Below the pieces are notes generated by a model. The model ran no database searches. It worked only from the letters and a program-made list of their open reading frames with translations, and was not told the DNA's origin. Below, one piece after another: positions 11,020 to 24,099 of a DNA stretch of 64,000 nt. The stretch comes from Felis catus (Eukaryota), in assembly GCF_018350175.1 (NCBI RefSeq), contig NC_058368.1:177570001-177634000 (forward strand), given 5' to 3'. Numbering within the stretch: the stretch's first letter is position 1; each line of letters opens with the position of its first letter. A program made the translations under genes and the position numbers.

Positions 11020-12110
11020 CTTCGATCAGGAATTTGTTGAGCACCTACTGTGTGCCAGACAGGATATTGTGAAGTGGAGACATAACCATAGGCAGCGGCG
11101 GGCTTTGTGCTCCCAGTGTTTATAGTCTGGTGAGGGAGACAGACCAGGAAACAGGTCTTTGCAACAGGCTGACGTGTGAACTGTAACAAACCCCAGCTTC
11201 ACCATTGATTTACCCACATGACCTTGGACAAGTTATTCCACTTCTCTGTACCTCCGTTCTCTCACCTGTAAAGTGGACAACAAGAATTCCTACTTCAGAG
11301 GGTATTCGAGAGGCTGAAATGGAGTCATACGTATAGAGCACTTAGAATAATGCTCGGTGCCTATGAGAGCTTTGTGCTGGCTATCAGTATTAGTCTGGAT
11401 GAGGGATAGCAGCAGTAAGTAGTGGTAGTGATATTAATACAAGCAAAGCCCTGGGGATACAGGACAAAGACACTTAATCCAGCCTGGAGGTGCAAGCAGG
11501 CGGGAAAGACTTCCTGGAGGAAGTGGCATTTAATCTGAGCCCTGAAGAATGACTAGCGGTTCACTTGGTAGAGGCAATGGTGGAAACATAATCCAGGAAG
11601 AGGGAGCCAGGTGTGCAAAGGCCCGGAGCTGAGAGAAAGCAGAAGGCACGCGGCTAACTCGGGGCTGTCACGCGTGGCTGACGCACAGAGGTGGCGGGGG
11701 ATGTGGTAAGAGAGTCCAGGGCAGAAAGGGCAGAGCCTGCAAGGCCTGTGAGCCAACGTGGGTAGTTTGGACTCCACAGTGAAGTCACCGCGGGCTTTCA
11801 GTGGGGAAGTTACGTGAGCAGCTTTGGGTTTGAGAAAGCCCTTTCTCCTGGGCATGTGGGGAAGGACTGAAGGCAGGTTGGCTGCGGGCAGGGAGTTCGG
11901 GAAGAGGCAGCTGCCACCATGCAGGGGAGGGAGGGTGACGACCCAAACCAGGCCTTGGCAACAAAGTGAGGAGGAAGGGGCACATCTGAGAAGATTCTTC
12001 AGGCTGACGAGGGCCAATGAGCAGAACTTCACGTCTGATGGGATGAAGAGGAGAAGCCAGCCAGGGGCAAGCAGGCTCCTGGCTTGAGTGACAAGGACTT
12101 TGGTTTTAAG
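11020..12110 (-). mobile_element. L2 fragment interrupted by a MIR (about 11190-11390)
   Basis: tttgttgagcacctactgtgtgccag (L2 3' end) and gacttcctggaggaagtggcatttaatctgagccctgaagaatga. Confidence 0.8.
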
Positions 12111-12624
12111 ATCTGTTTTTAACTTCTCGTGTTTCCAGTCTGTCTTCATAACAAGATAATGAGGTTCTTGGAGGGCAGGGTTGTTTTAAGCATCTGTGAA
12201 TCCCCAACGCCTGGTACACAGTGGGCGCTCAATGAATGTCTCCTTGATTCTGGCCCCTCCCAGTCACTGGCTGTTCCACTGCACTGAGCCCCTGCCAAGG
12301 CCTTTACCACGGAAAACCAAACCGCAGTGGGTTTCCAGAAATGTGGAAAACATCCCCTCAGGAATCCAGACGTCCCCACGGCTCTCCTGTGCAGCGGAGA
12401 GGTGGCAGGAGGAAGAAGCCAGGCTGGTGAGGAAGGCTCGGGCCTAGAGGCCACCACTGTCCAGGAGAGCCATAAGTGGTCCGTGGGGAATGCTTGAAAG
12501 AGAGGTTGGGCAGGGGAAGGGGAGACCTAGAATGCAGGTCTGTGAAGGGTCCGTGCACAGGCTGCTGGCAGGGGCCACCGGGTAAGGCCAGGACAGGCAG
12601 TAAAACCCCCCAGCCCCTACCCTC

Positions 12625-12625
<1 letters not shown>

Positions 12626-12659
<34 letters not shown>
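12626..12659. repeat. (AC)17 microsatellite
   Basis: perfect AC run. Confidence 0.98.
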
Positions 12660-12661
<2 letters not shown>

Positions 12662-12799
12662 CGCCGTAAGTTATGGAGCATCTGTGGGGTGCCCAGCGCG
12701 GGCCAGGCATCCTGAACACACTGTGTCCCGTGATGCTTACAGCCCTGAGACGCGGAGATGATGGACAGATAAGGAAACTGAGGCCCGTGTGATCCTAAA

Positions 12800-13085
12800 A
12801 CCACCAGTCCAAAAGGCCAAAGCATGAAGCTGGTGGCCCCTGAGGTCAGCTCAGCATGCAGATATGTTTTGTTTGGACCCAACATTGCTTTAAAAAGTGG
12901 GAAATTTCACATAAAAATCCAGATTTCCGGCTTCTCTTTAGAAACCAGGTTTGGCAACCCTGGGCCCACCTTTCCTCTGGGCCACAGCTGACTAGGCTTG
13001 TGCCCTCCACGCCCTGCTCCCAGCCCACATCCCTCACTGACGTCCACTGCCTGGCCCCTGAAAGCATTCGATTTGGACTTTGGCA
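12800..13085. mobile_element. hAT-Charlie MITE (MER102-like)
   Basis: cacataaaaatccagatttccggcttctc...tggcaaccctgggccc resembles the MER102 core. Confidence 0.6.
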
Positions 13086-13649
13086 GGCCCAGGAGCTCTC
13101 TCTCAGGAGACAGACCCAAATCATAATGTGAAGATTCCAAGCCCTTTTCTCAGCATCCTTCCGCATCCCCTTTGCTCTCTTTCTCGTATTAGGTGCATGA
13201 TCCTTAAAGTCAGGCCTTTGGCCTGGGGCCTGTGGTTTCCCCTCTCTGAGCCTCAGTTTCCTCATGTGTAAAATGGGGATAATAGTACTTATCTGATAGG
13301 GCTATAGAGAGAATTACATGAGCTTCCAGACTGGGTTTGGGCATCCCCTTCCTGTGGAAGAGAGCAGGTTCAAAGGGGGTACTAACGTTCACCCAGGCCC
13401 AGGCCAGGCAGTGACTGTCACAGCAGAACTGGGGCAGGCCACATTTGCAGGTGCCCCTGGGCTGGATAAGGTGTCACACCTGGGCTCCCACAGCCCTTGG
13501 CTGACCCTCTCCTGAAGCTCGTTAGCCTAGTGAGCTTGCTGGCTCCTTCTGTGTCTGTTGCCCTCTTTAGAATGCACACTTTGTGAGGCCTATGACCATG
13601 TTTTCTTCCTGTCTGTACGCTTTGCCTTGTGCTGTAGTAGTAAAATCTC

Positions 13650-14310
13650 TTAGTGATGGGGGATCCAAGGCTCAGGCATTGATCCTAATCTCCTCTGTCT
13701 ACACTCGCTGATTCTTCCGGTCTCGAGGCTTCGCACACCATTCAGACACCAGACACAGCCAGATTTACCTCCAGCCGAGAACTGCTCCCGACCCCCGACT
13801 GCATATCTAACTGCCTCCCCAACATCACCGCTTAGAAAGCTAATGGATATCTCAGAGTCCGTGCGTCCAAACATGAACTTCTGATCTCCCATCCCAAACC
13901 TGCTCCAACCACAGCCTTTGCCCTCTCGGGTGATGGCAACTCTGTCATCCTGGATGTTCCTCTTCCTCCCACACCTCACACTGGATACCGATGGCTTTTG
14001 CCACCTGCACCACTCTCCCCTTGCTCTGAACCAATAGCCCCTCTTGCCTGGATGATTGCAGAAGCTTCCTAACTGGTCATCACCCTGCCTGCACCCTTCC
14101 CTCTTTTCTCTCCTGACAGGTGATTCTCTACACGAGAACCACAGTGCTTCTTTTGAACTTTAATCTGAATCTTGTCTCTCTGCCGGTCAAGCCCTTAACT
14201 GGTGCCCTCTTACCCACAGTAGATGCCAGAGTTCTTACCAATGGCCTACAAAGCCCACCCTGGCCTGAAGCCCTCTCTGACTTCACTTACTGCTCTCCCC
14301 CACATTCACA
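13650..14310 (+). mobile_element. L2 fragment
   Basis: tgcatatctaactgcctccccaacatc...gtccaaacatgaacttctgatctccc L2 motifs. Confidence 0.8.
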
Positions 14311-14520
14311 GACTTTCAGTGACTTGCACAAAATCAGCCAGCTAACAGGGCAAAGAATTAGGACTCGAACTCCAGTCTGTTTTGACTGTAAGGCCCTTCT
14401 ACTACAAAGGACAACTTCCCAGCAAGTCTCATTGCTTTTCCTGGACTATAGTTTCTTCATCTATAAAATAAAAATACTCCCTCCCACTCGGGTGACACAG
14501 GAGGGGGAATTGGATTGATC

Positions 14521-14725
14521 CTTTTTTTGAGAGAGAGAGAGAGAGAGCATGAGCAGGGGAAAGGAAGTGTGGGGGAGCGAGAGAGGGAAAGGGAGGGGGA
14601 GAGGGAATCTTAAGCAGGCTCCACGCTCAGCATGGATCCCGACACAGGGCCGGAGTGCACAATCCTGGGATCATGAGCTGAAATCAAGAGTTGGACACTC
14701 AACCAGCTCAGCCACCCAGGCACCC
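14521..14725 (-). mobile_element. Can-SINE (older, diverged)
   Basis: ends ctcagccacccaggcaccc; imperfect TSD tggattgatc/tggattagattc. Confidence 0.9.
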
Positions 14726-14842
14726 TGGATTAGATTCTTGTTAAGATTATACTTTACCTTTAATATCTATGAATCTGAATGGGAATTGAGGAGCTGTGTT
14801 CTAGTCATTTCTAGGTCTCTGGTGCCTGGCACTTAGCGAACA

Positions 14843-14985
14843 GGATGAATGGGTGGATGAATGGGTGGGTAAAAAGATGGATGGGTGGATGGAAGGGTGG
14901 GTGGGTGGATGGATGGATGGATGGATGAAAGATGGGTGAGCCGATGGATGGATACATAGATGAATGGTTGGTTGAATGAAATAAA
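14843..14985. repeat. (GGAT)n/(GGGT)n degenerate tetranucleotide repeat
   Basis: ggatggatggatggatg runs next to an L2 3' end. Confidence 0.9.
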
Positions 14986-16459
14986 TTAATAAATGAATTG
15001 ATGCACACATAAGGGAAACTCAGAAAGCGGAGCAGAGGAGAAAATGGAGAGAAAATGTTGATGAAGGGATTGTTTCCTGGAGCTCTGGTTTGGAGTTGGA
15101 GGACTGAAATAATACCGAAGGCAGGAGAGCCTCACTTACTTGCCAGATTCTTGATGGGAGACCAGATGGGTCTTTGGGCCAATGGGCCATCAAGTGGCAG
15201 GCTGTGAACAGAGCACAGATTTTACGGTTAGAAGGACCTGGGTTCAAATCTTGTCACTGCAGCTTACCAACTGTGTGACACTAAGCCCTGGTTTTCTCAG
15301 AGAAACTGGGGATGATATAAGTCACCTCTCTTCTGGTCATTGTGAGGGCAGCCCGAACCAGAAAGAGGGGCCCTGGCCAGGTCTGGCACCTCAGAGTGGA
15401 CTCCCTGTCTTGAGGCTGCTTGAGAAGCTTTGATGAGGGGTTCCAGAAGCACAGGCCAAATGCTCGGTCTATATCTGCCCATCTTCTGGGCATTGGCTGC
15501 GTGGTCCAACTGGCCAGGAGCCTTGTAGCAGACGCAGGTCGGGCCTCAGTGCCGAGCAGGCCTGACAGGTTCAGAGGGCCGTCTTAAGGTGCCAGGCACC
15601 TGCCCTGCGCCACCCTGCTTACGGGGAGAATTTGGTCTCAGGGTCCAGAGCCCCAACTTCTCAGGAAGTTCTCAGACATGAGGAACTTTCCATCCACATC
15701 GCAGGAATTTTTTTGCAGAAAAGGAAAAAACTAAAAACCTTCATCCTTTGGCCTCTGGGAGAATATTCCTTTTATGTGAAACTGGCAGGGAGGAAAAATT
15801 CAAGATTCTTTCTCCTTCGCCTAATTGATATCAACATGAAATATTCTGGTGTTGTTTTAATAAGGCTTTGGTTTTCCAGCAAGAGTAGGGGAAAAAAAGA
15901 AAAAAAGATCTTCTCCTGGACCAGAATATTTTTAGCGAAAATATTTTGCTTGCATCCTCCCTGCCCCCTCCCTTCCCTGTTCCTGCCCTGGCTTCAAAGG
16001 CACAGCAGTGCCGTTCTGGGGTGCTAAGCAGCAGAGGCCCACACTCGGCAGCCCCCTCCTCCCCTTGCATGGCAGGCAGGCCGGCCAGGGAGTGCCAAGC
16101 CAGGAAGATATTTTTTCCAGAAGCAGCATCTGGCTCCTTGGCGGTCACACAAGCAGTTGTGCTGGCAGCCGGGGCTGGCCGGGGTCTGTCGTGTGTTTAG
16201 GCTGCTGCCTCTTCTGACTCTCTCCCACAGACACGATGTTCTCTCCCCTGGGCTGGGCCCCTCCTGCCTTCACCCCTCAACAGCGAGGAGGGGGGAGCTC
16301 AGAGCACCTGAGAGTTTTGCCCCTCGCCTCCCAACAAGGTTTGACACTGAGACCCACCTGGGCTCCATCTCTTGCCAACTTGACTTTGGGCAGGTGGCTT
16401 AACTGCTCTGAGTCCTCAGTGTCCTCAACTGGGAAATATGAGTCATCACCATCTACATA

Positions 16460-16905
16460 AACTAATCTGCCTGTCTGATCTAGCCTGTATCTGACTTTCC
16501 AACTGCATATCTTACACTCTTCCCATTCGACATGAAACCCCCCGACTCGCGTGGCCTCCAAAGTCTTTGCAATCCCAGGGCCTTTGCACTTGCTGTGCTC
16601 TCTTTGTCCAACTTTTGAATAGCTGGTTCCTTCTTGCCCTTCAGGTTACCACTCAAAGGCCACCTCCTTTGAGGCACTTTCCAGGACTTCTCCATCTCAA
16701 GCAGCCCTTTGAGCTGCTATCACAGCTCTCTGGAACTTTCCTTCGGGGAACTTATCACAAACTGTTCCATATATTTGGTATTCTTTGCCCCTCCCCACCC
16801 CCAGGTTAGGGCCCCCATGAGAGCAAGGATCTCGTCTGTCTTGTCCATCACCAGGTCCCCAACACCCCCGCACAGGACCTTCCCAAACAGCCTGTGGATG
16901 AATGC
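16460..16905 (+). mobile_element. L2 3' fragment
   Basis: cagggcctttgcacttgctgtgc and ccatgagagcaaggatctcgtctgtcttgtcc. Confidence 0.7.
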
Positions 16906-19900
16906 AGGGACCCCCAAGCCCACCAGAGATGCCTCCTGATTTTCCCCAAAGCCCTTGGGTGTCGTGATGCCCCTAGCTCATCCCCTCAGACAAAGGGAAA
17001 TGAAAGGAGGTTAAATGTCAGTGTGTGCTTCCAACATAAAACATCACGACTGCCTCTTATACCTTTTTCATCCTCACCCCAGCTCTGCGTTGTTGGCCTT
17101 TTCATCGCTGATTTACAAATGGAGATTCTGAGAAGCTGAGGGACTGGCCAGCTGTGCCTGACCCCATTGCCTTCTTGCTTCTACTCCCCACAGTCAGCTC
17201 TGCCACCATCCCATGTCAGTTGGAAGCTCAGGCTTGATGCCACAGTGAATACCGATGACAGCTCCCACCCAGTCTCTTGTGCCACACTGGATGCTCCCCA
17301 TCCCTCATCTCATGAAACTCACAAGAGTGCTGCAGGTGATCATGAAAACCCACTGTACGGAGAAGGAAACTGAGACTCCTGGGCACACATAGAAAGTAGG
17401 GATGTCCTTAAATGTTCAATGGAATAGACCCACTGCCAGAGTGAAAGCCTTCTAGCATTTATGTCATGCTTTCTAATGCACCTTCAGTGTCCATTATTGA
17501 TCATAAAGCTAGAATGTGCCTGTGCTCCACAATTAGTCATTGGATGAATGGATGGATAAACAGGTGGATAGATGGATCCCAGGGCTGGATCTGAATCTTG
17601 GTGCCCCCTGGACAACAAGGAGCAAAGTCCCAATTCTGTCTTTATTTCCCACCCCAGTTCTAGACAAGGGTCTAAACTCCATGGATGCCCAGATGCCAGC
17701 TTCAAACTGTGTGACCTCCCCCAGGGAATGGCTTCACAGTGAAGCCATTGTGACCAGCCCATGCAGCCCTCACCACCCCACCCCCAGAGGGCCAGTGAGG
17801 CCAGAAATTACAGCCATGGCTAATTAAAATCTAGTTCTCCAGCTACTATATATGTGGGCACCCAACTCCACTTCTTCTTGAGACATCAGAATTAGAATGT
17901 TGGAGAGCACCCCTGAGCCCACAGGGAAACTGAGGCACAGACTTTCATGGTTACTCAGCTTGGGTCCTGGGGTTGAGTTTGGTCTGGGTGGGGTTTCAAA
18001 TGCTGTTTTGTGCCCAAGGAGGTTGGACCCAGCAGCTACCTGGACCCCTTGCCCTGAGAACATTATTCCATTCTGTCTTTGCAGATGGACAATTTGTGCC
18101 CCAGACACAGCCCTAGCAGCAGTGAAGGGACAGGCCAGTCAGCCTCAAGACACCATCTTGCTTTATGGACAGCCCTGACCAGCTTACCAGAAGCGATTAG
18201 ACACCTGTAGAAGAGTTTTCTAGGCCAGGAAACAAGCCTGGGGTAGCCCTCAGGTCAAGCAAAATGTCCCCTTGGTTGCCCACCCCTGGACTCCCCTCTG
18301 GGTTTTGGCCCACGTCCCAGCTTCACGTGTCCTGCCAACATTCCCGCAGGGCTATCTCACGTGCGGTCTATCTCACATGTGCTGTCTCTTCTGCCCCAAA
18401 TGCCCTTCCCTACTTTAGTCCTTGAGGGATTCTCACCTCTGCTACGATGCCCAGTTCCAATGTCCCTGCCTGGGAGCCTTCTTTCCCACCTGGCCCCTCC
18501 GGTGGCGCTGTCCCAGCTGTCTGCTCCGTGATGGCTGTGGGGTTGTTTGTCAGCTGCTCTGAACTTCATGCGGCAGGAGCCTTGTTGAATAATCTTGACA
18601 CATGCCCCGCTCCTGCACCAGTCCCAGGACCTGACACATTTGGGAGTTGGTCACTTGTCGGAAGGCTTTACCTCTCCTGCCAATGCAGGAGTCAGTCCTG
18701 AGATGTGATTCGTTTATAAATGCTGTTGCTAATTTGGAGGAGTGCACTCTTACCTGCTTGTTCAGATAACCCACTAGGGACTAGAGATGATTAAAGGGCA
18801 TGGTTTCCCGCTAAGCAATCCTTTTCTCCCTAAAACCTGCCTGGCCTGCTCACAGCTGTCTTCCCAACACCCAACGCCAGCCTGGCACGTAAATCTTCGC
18901 AGAACGAAGGAACGAATGAATGCAGCTCTCAGCTCAGCAGCCTCCGAGCTGTCCAGATTCGCAGCTTTTCCCCCACCCCCTAAGCAACAGTGCACAAATA
19001 TCGTGGGTTTGGAGCTGAAGAGTCCCAGCATTGAATCCTACTCTGCCTCTTCCCACAGTGGGGAAAGGGCAAGTTCTGGAGAGTGACAGTGCATAATTCT
19101 GGACTTTGTTTGGGACGCAAAGGTGTGAAGGCACAGAGCACACATACGATCGCGGCTTCAGGAGTGTCTGTCCTGCCTGCCCACAGGCCCTGCCCGCTGC
19201 TTCCCAGGGCAGGTGGGTCTGGGACGGCTGGCGGGCCATTTCCTCCCTTCCCGCCCCGCCCGCCTGCCTGCCTGCCTGCCCACAGCCAGCTGTGTGGCAG
19301 ACATTCCTGGGACTGCTCATTGATATTCAGGAATGGAACTTGAGCCTGCTCAGCTCCGGGTGCCCAGGGCGGGCGTGCACTCAGGCCCTCTGCCTGGGCT
19401 CTTCCGCCCATATTGGGAGGGCCTAAAAGCCCTCACCAGCCAGAGAGAGCATCCCAGGCCACGGACACCCGCAGCTGGATGGCCAGGGAAACTGAGGCCT
19501 GAGTTGAGGACCTCTCTACAGCCCCAGGGCACTCAGAAGTCTGGAGGGCATGAGTGGCTGGGGTCTCCTGACTCCCTGCAAAGTGCTCATTGTCAGCCAG
19601 CCCTCTGAGCTCCAGTGTCCTCGAAGCTTCCTGCTCCTCCAGGTGCTTCCCAGCCCTACCCTGCTCTCCCGAGGCCCTGCCCGAGGCCCCACGGAGGGAG
19701 GGGGAGGCTCGAGCAGGCCTGGGGCTGGCCAGTCTTCCCACACTGTCTCAGCGGGAAGACTGACCGACAGGGAGGCTCCTCTCTCAGAGCCTCCGTTTGC
19801 CAAGCCCCCACCTCACACCTCTGGGGTTTTGCAGATGGGCTTGTTTTTCCTTGGGGTGTGAAAGAGCCGGTCATTGCAGGGGCCTCCTCCCCTTCTCAGC

Positions 19901-20199
19901 AGCTGGCTCGGGCTGCCACTAACTCCCAGCTCCTGAAGAGACAGACCCCTGACCCAGGGGTCACAGGCTGGGGAGGGGTGGCGCCCTCCCAGAGCCAGCT
20001 GGGACGGGCCCTAGGGAGGCGGCATAAAGGCCCTTCACCCCTTCCCAGGAGTACCGTTTAACCCACCCCCACCACTGCCTTGTAGCTTCTGGTCACGCTG
20101 CCAGGGCTCAGCTGAATCCTGCTGGGCCCAGGTACCCCCTCTTTCCCACCTCACCAGAAGGAGCCAGTGCAAGGCCTCACACCTCTGAAGGGCAGCCCC

Positions 20200-21750
20200 T
20201 TCCTCTGGATTCTCATCCCCACACTCTCTGCACAGCCTCTCCCCCTGGCCCAGCTTCCCACCTTCCCTCCTTCTAGAATCTTCTCATGGTGCCCCCCCCC
20301 ACCACAAACTCCAGCTTCAAACACAGCACACTCCCTCAAACACATCTCCCTCCGTGAGAGCTGCCCCTCCCTGGAGGACATTCTCCCCTCTTGCCTTCCC
20401 AAGGGGACACTGTTTCTGCAGAGAAGGAAAGTAGAGGTGGCGTCCCCTTGCTCCCCCTGGCCACTTTCTGACCTTCACTGCTGCACCCTCTTCCTAAACA
20501 CGCGACTGCTTTGGGATTCAGGCCCACCGGCTGCACCTCACCCCCATTACTATCGTCCACCAGTTTCTCGGTCACTCCTCACCCACTGAAGACTTCCTCC
20601 CTCCCCCCAACTCTTGCCATTGCCCTGGGTCACCTGGACACCCCCACGGGCACCCCAAACAATGCCCTGACCTCTCTGACCTTGGACTTCCCTGTCACCA
20701 ACGGCCCCTCCTCTGCTCCAAATCAGCCATCGCAACTTATCATCACCAGACACTGCAGTGCTTCTGATAGTATCAAGAATCCGAGCGCTGAATTCTCCAG
20801 CGGCAGGCCTCTGTCTTCCGGCTCCCTTGCCCACACGCCCCATGCTGGAAGAGTTTTCAGGCGCACCGGCATCACTGGCTCCAACACCTCCCTCCCTCGC
20901 TCGGCTACTTGAGGCCCTGGGTCTCTTCTCTAGCCCACATCCTACGGCGAGCCATTGCTATCCCTGCACACTCTCCTCTTCCAGCCCCTCAGCCTCTGTC
21001 CCCCTGACCCAGCTGAACCAGGCCTGGATGAGCCCACCCCCACCTCTTCTGTTTCTGCCCTAAACAGCTGGCTCCGCTGAGGAAACTCACCCAGGTGGGC
21101 AGATGGCCTCCGGAGTCCCCTTCCCTGTCTGCACCAGGCGACCTCAGGGTGAGCCGGCTCTGGCCAGCTTGCTTTTCCTCCCCCCACAATGATTCCTTTC
21201 CCCCGTCAGCCCTCTGACGGCCCTTCCCCCTTCATCCCTGCCCTCACCCAGGCTCCTACCCCTTCTCCTCAAGAGATGGGCTATCTTGGACTTTATAACG
21301 AAAATGGAGGCCTTCAGATGGGAATCCCTATGTCTCCTCCCATCCACCCGCCACCCCCTCTCCTCTTTCTCTCCCCTCACCATGGACATGGTGGCCCACC
21401 TGCCACCCCAGAGTCCAGTTCTTCACATCGGCTCCCCTCATCTCATCCCCTCCTCTGTCAGTCTGAAGGCCATCAGTGCCCTCTCTCCTGAATCTCCGTG
21501 TCTCCTTCTCTGCTGGGTCCCTCCTATCAGTGCGTTAAATGTTCCAGTCTTTCCCATCTTCAACCCACTGCCATCAGACTTTCAACCGCATTCCCAGAGG
21601 CTGCCGTCACCTGGTCCAGGATGATGCCTCTGCCACCAAGCCCAGGGACTGCGTGCCCTGGCCTCCCAGCAGCAAGGTCCCTACCCCACCCTTCTTCTTC
21701 GAACCTCCTCCCTGCTCTGGTTTCCTCCCACCTCTGGCTGCTCCTTCAGT
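20200..21750 (+). mobile_element. Long L2 ORF2 remnant including the endonuclease region
   Basis: C/T-rich; translated remnants YYRPP and LAIALGHLDTP resemble the APE-endonuclease YRPP and IILGDFNIH motifs. Confidence 0.6.
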
Positions 21751-21762
21751 CTCCTTTGGAGC

Positions 21763-21817
21763 CGGGATGATCCCACGTCCTGGTTTCCCTGGGACTGAGG
21801 GTCAGTTGGTCACCCTA
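21763..21817. mobile_element. Internally deleted MER81-like hAT MITE
   Basis: gtcctggtttccctgggactgaggg directly joined to the terminus agttggtcacccta. Confidence 0.6.
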
Positions 21818-22444
21818 CTTGGGGTGCTGCCTTCTCTGCCCGTACTAAGGTCCCTGAGCTTGGTCCCCAACCCCTTTTATCTGAGCTCTGCCCTGCTGTT
21901 CCAAGTATTGTCCCCCATCCTTGTAGATTAAATCATTTGACATCGTCTGCCAATAACTCCCAGGGGTAGGTCTGTCACCCAGCCCACTGCCCCCGGCCCC
22001 ATCCATTTACGTTGTCCTCGGAGCTCCTCCCGGGCAGGGTCACATGTCAACCTCTCTGTTGTCTGATGGACGCACAGGGCCTCTATGATCATAAAGTTAG
22101 CTGTGAGTGTGGCCAACGTGCATTGAGTGCTTGCATGTGCCGGGCACACTGCTCAGCGTGTCTTACCCGAGATAACGCATTTAATTACCCATTGAAGATG
22201 AAGCAATAATGGAGCAGTGACTGGCTCAGGAGCACACTGCTAGAAAGCCTGGAACCAGGATGTGGACCCAAGCAGCCTGTCCCTACAGCCCACGGGCCTC
22301 CCCTTGTGTAGCAGGGAACCACCACTTGTTTACTGAGTTGAGTTTAAGTGAGTAGAAGCAGAGATCCTACAGTTTAATCAACCTCCTCCTACTCTTAGAA
22401 CTGTAGCCAGAGGTACCTTGTGCCAAGAAATAAAGAAATATGTA

Positions 22445-22655
22445 AGGGAGTGGCTAAAAGCTTAATCTGGAGGCAGACATTCCTGGGTCTGAATGCCAGC
22501 ACCTCACTTACCAGGTCTTGGACCTTGTTCAAGCCAGTGATTTATTTCACATCTCAATTTTCTCATCCTTAAAATGGGAGACAGCAATAGTGAAGATTAA
22601 TAGACGTAAGGCACGTAACACAGCAGTGGGTACAGAGCTGATGAGCGACAAATAT
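22445..22655 (+). mobile_element. MIR
   Basis: cctgggtctgaatgccagc...tttctcatccttaaaatggg MIR core. Confidence 0.8.
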
Positions 22656-23094
22656 TTATGGAACACCCACAGTGTAGGAGGCACTGAATGGGATGCTGGA
22701 GTATAGATTGAAAAGCATAGCCCGGGTGGGGGTAGGGGAGAGCATTTACAGTCGCAGGTATACGCGAGCCAGCCCCCGTAAGATTTGGTCTCGTCGATAA
22801 CTGAGTTTCTGAGCAGTGTCTAAGACCAGCTTGTGTCTGGGGTGAAAGAGAAGAAACCTGCCATTCTTACACTTCTATGCCTTTTACAGGCGATTTTTCC
22901 TCTGCGTGGGATACCTTTGCCTCACTCTTGTCTGGCTGGAAAACTCCTACTCAACCTATAATACCCTGCCCAAATATTACTCGTCTGTGAGTTGTCTCTG
23001 CTTCCCACTAAATAGAATCAGTCTCCCTTTCTGTGGCACCCTAGCACCTTATATCCACTCTTACCAAAGTAACCTCATTCATTCCCGAACTCAG

Positions 23095-23133
23095 TAGATA
23101 GATAGATAGACAGATAGATAGATAGATAGATAG
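23095..23133. repeat. (TAGA)n microsatellite
   Basis: about 9 units with one CAGA interruption. Confidence 0.95.
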
Positions 23134-23149
23134 GTAATTATAAATAAAA

Positions 23150-23375
23150 GCTAACCCCTAACACCTTATTGGGTCCTTACTCTGAGGTAGGCAGTTTTAA
23201 ATGTTTTATGCATAATCTTCACAACAATCTTATAAAATAGGAGTTATGATTATTCCTATTTTACAGATTGATACACTGAGGCACAGAGAAGTTAAGCTAC
23301 TAACTCAGGTCCCACAGCTAGGAGGTAGCAAAGCAGGAATTACTGCCAGGCTCTTACTCGCTCTACCAGACTGCT
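23150..23375 (-). mobile_element. MIR
   Basis: cctattttacagattgatacactgaggcacagagaagttaag. Confidence 0.85.
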
Positions 23376-23437
23376 TCTCGAAGGCTGGATGAGTCAGTCC
23401 TTGCCCTAGAGTTTCAGGCACATCCACTGCTTATTTC

Positions 23438-23552
23438 TAGGATGACCCACCCGCTTGGTTTGCCTGGGACTAGGGGGTTTTACAGGATGTGAAACTTTCA
23501 GTGCTAAACATGGGAAAGTCCCAGGCAAATCAGGACAAGTTGGTTCACCCCA
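23438..23552. mobile_element. MER81-like hAT-Blackjack MITE, full length
   Basis: taggatgacc...ggtttgcctgggact...agtcccaggcaaat...gttggttcacccca; inverted termini, about 115 bp. Confidence 0.85.
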
Positions 23553-24099
23553 GTATTCCCTTGAAAACGTCCTGGAACCAGATTCACACCCACGTCTGTC
23601 GGACTCCACACCCACCCTCCCAAGCAGCCTCCAAAGGAAGAAAGAACCCAGATCCAAGTGGGATCCTATCCAAAGACGGGGAAGCCCCTCCTAGATGCTT
23701 GTCCTGGTCCTCCCAGCCCCCGAGGCCTCCGAGCTGGCGGAAACGGACACAAGGAGGGGCTGGCCCAAGGCCCGCAGTCCAAGGAGGTGACCTCAGAGCA
23801 GGTGCCGGCTCACCTCATCCCCAGAGCCAGCCGGAGGCACCGCCGAGGGGCACAGCGCCTGCCTCAGCCTACTCCCCTTCCTGGGGCCTCCTCTCCCCTC
23901 TTAGCCAGGCTGAGATGATGCTTTTCTCAATTCAGCCAGGGACTGGGGAGGACTTGGTCCTGCTTTCTCCCAGGTGCTGGCTGGCCCTTCCAGGGTGAAA
24001 GAAGGGAAGGCCATCTGGGCAGGCTAAGAGCTCTCCCCTCCAGGCCCATCTCCTCCTCCACCTCCTCCCCACAGCCCACTCTCTGGCCCTCAGGATTCA

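Noticed and set aside
11553..12149. 198-aa ORF, the longest in the track
   Set aside because: Lies in a decayed L2, has no recognisable domain, and has a composition typical of repeat read-through
12358..12885. 175-aa ORF
   Set aside because: Runs through the AC microsatellite (VCVCVC) and repeat fragments
18491..18510. Weaker CTCF-like motif (similar ones near 28 and 53176)
   Set aside because: Mismatches at core positions; expected by chance in GC-rich DNA
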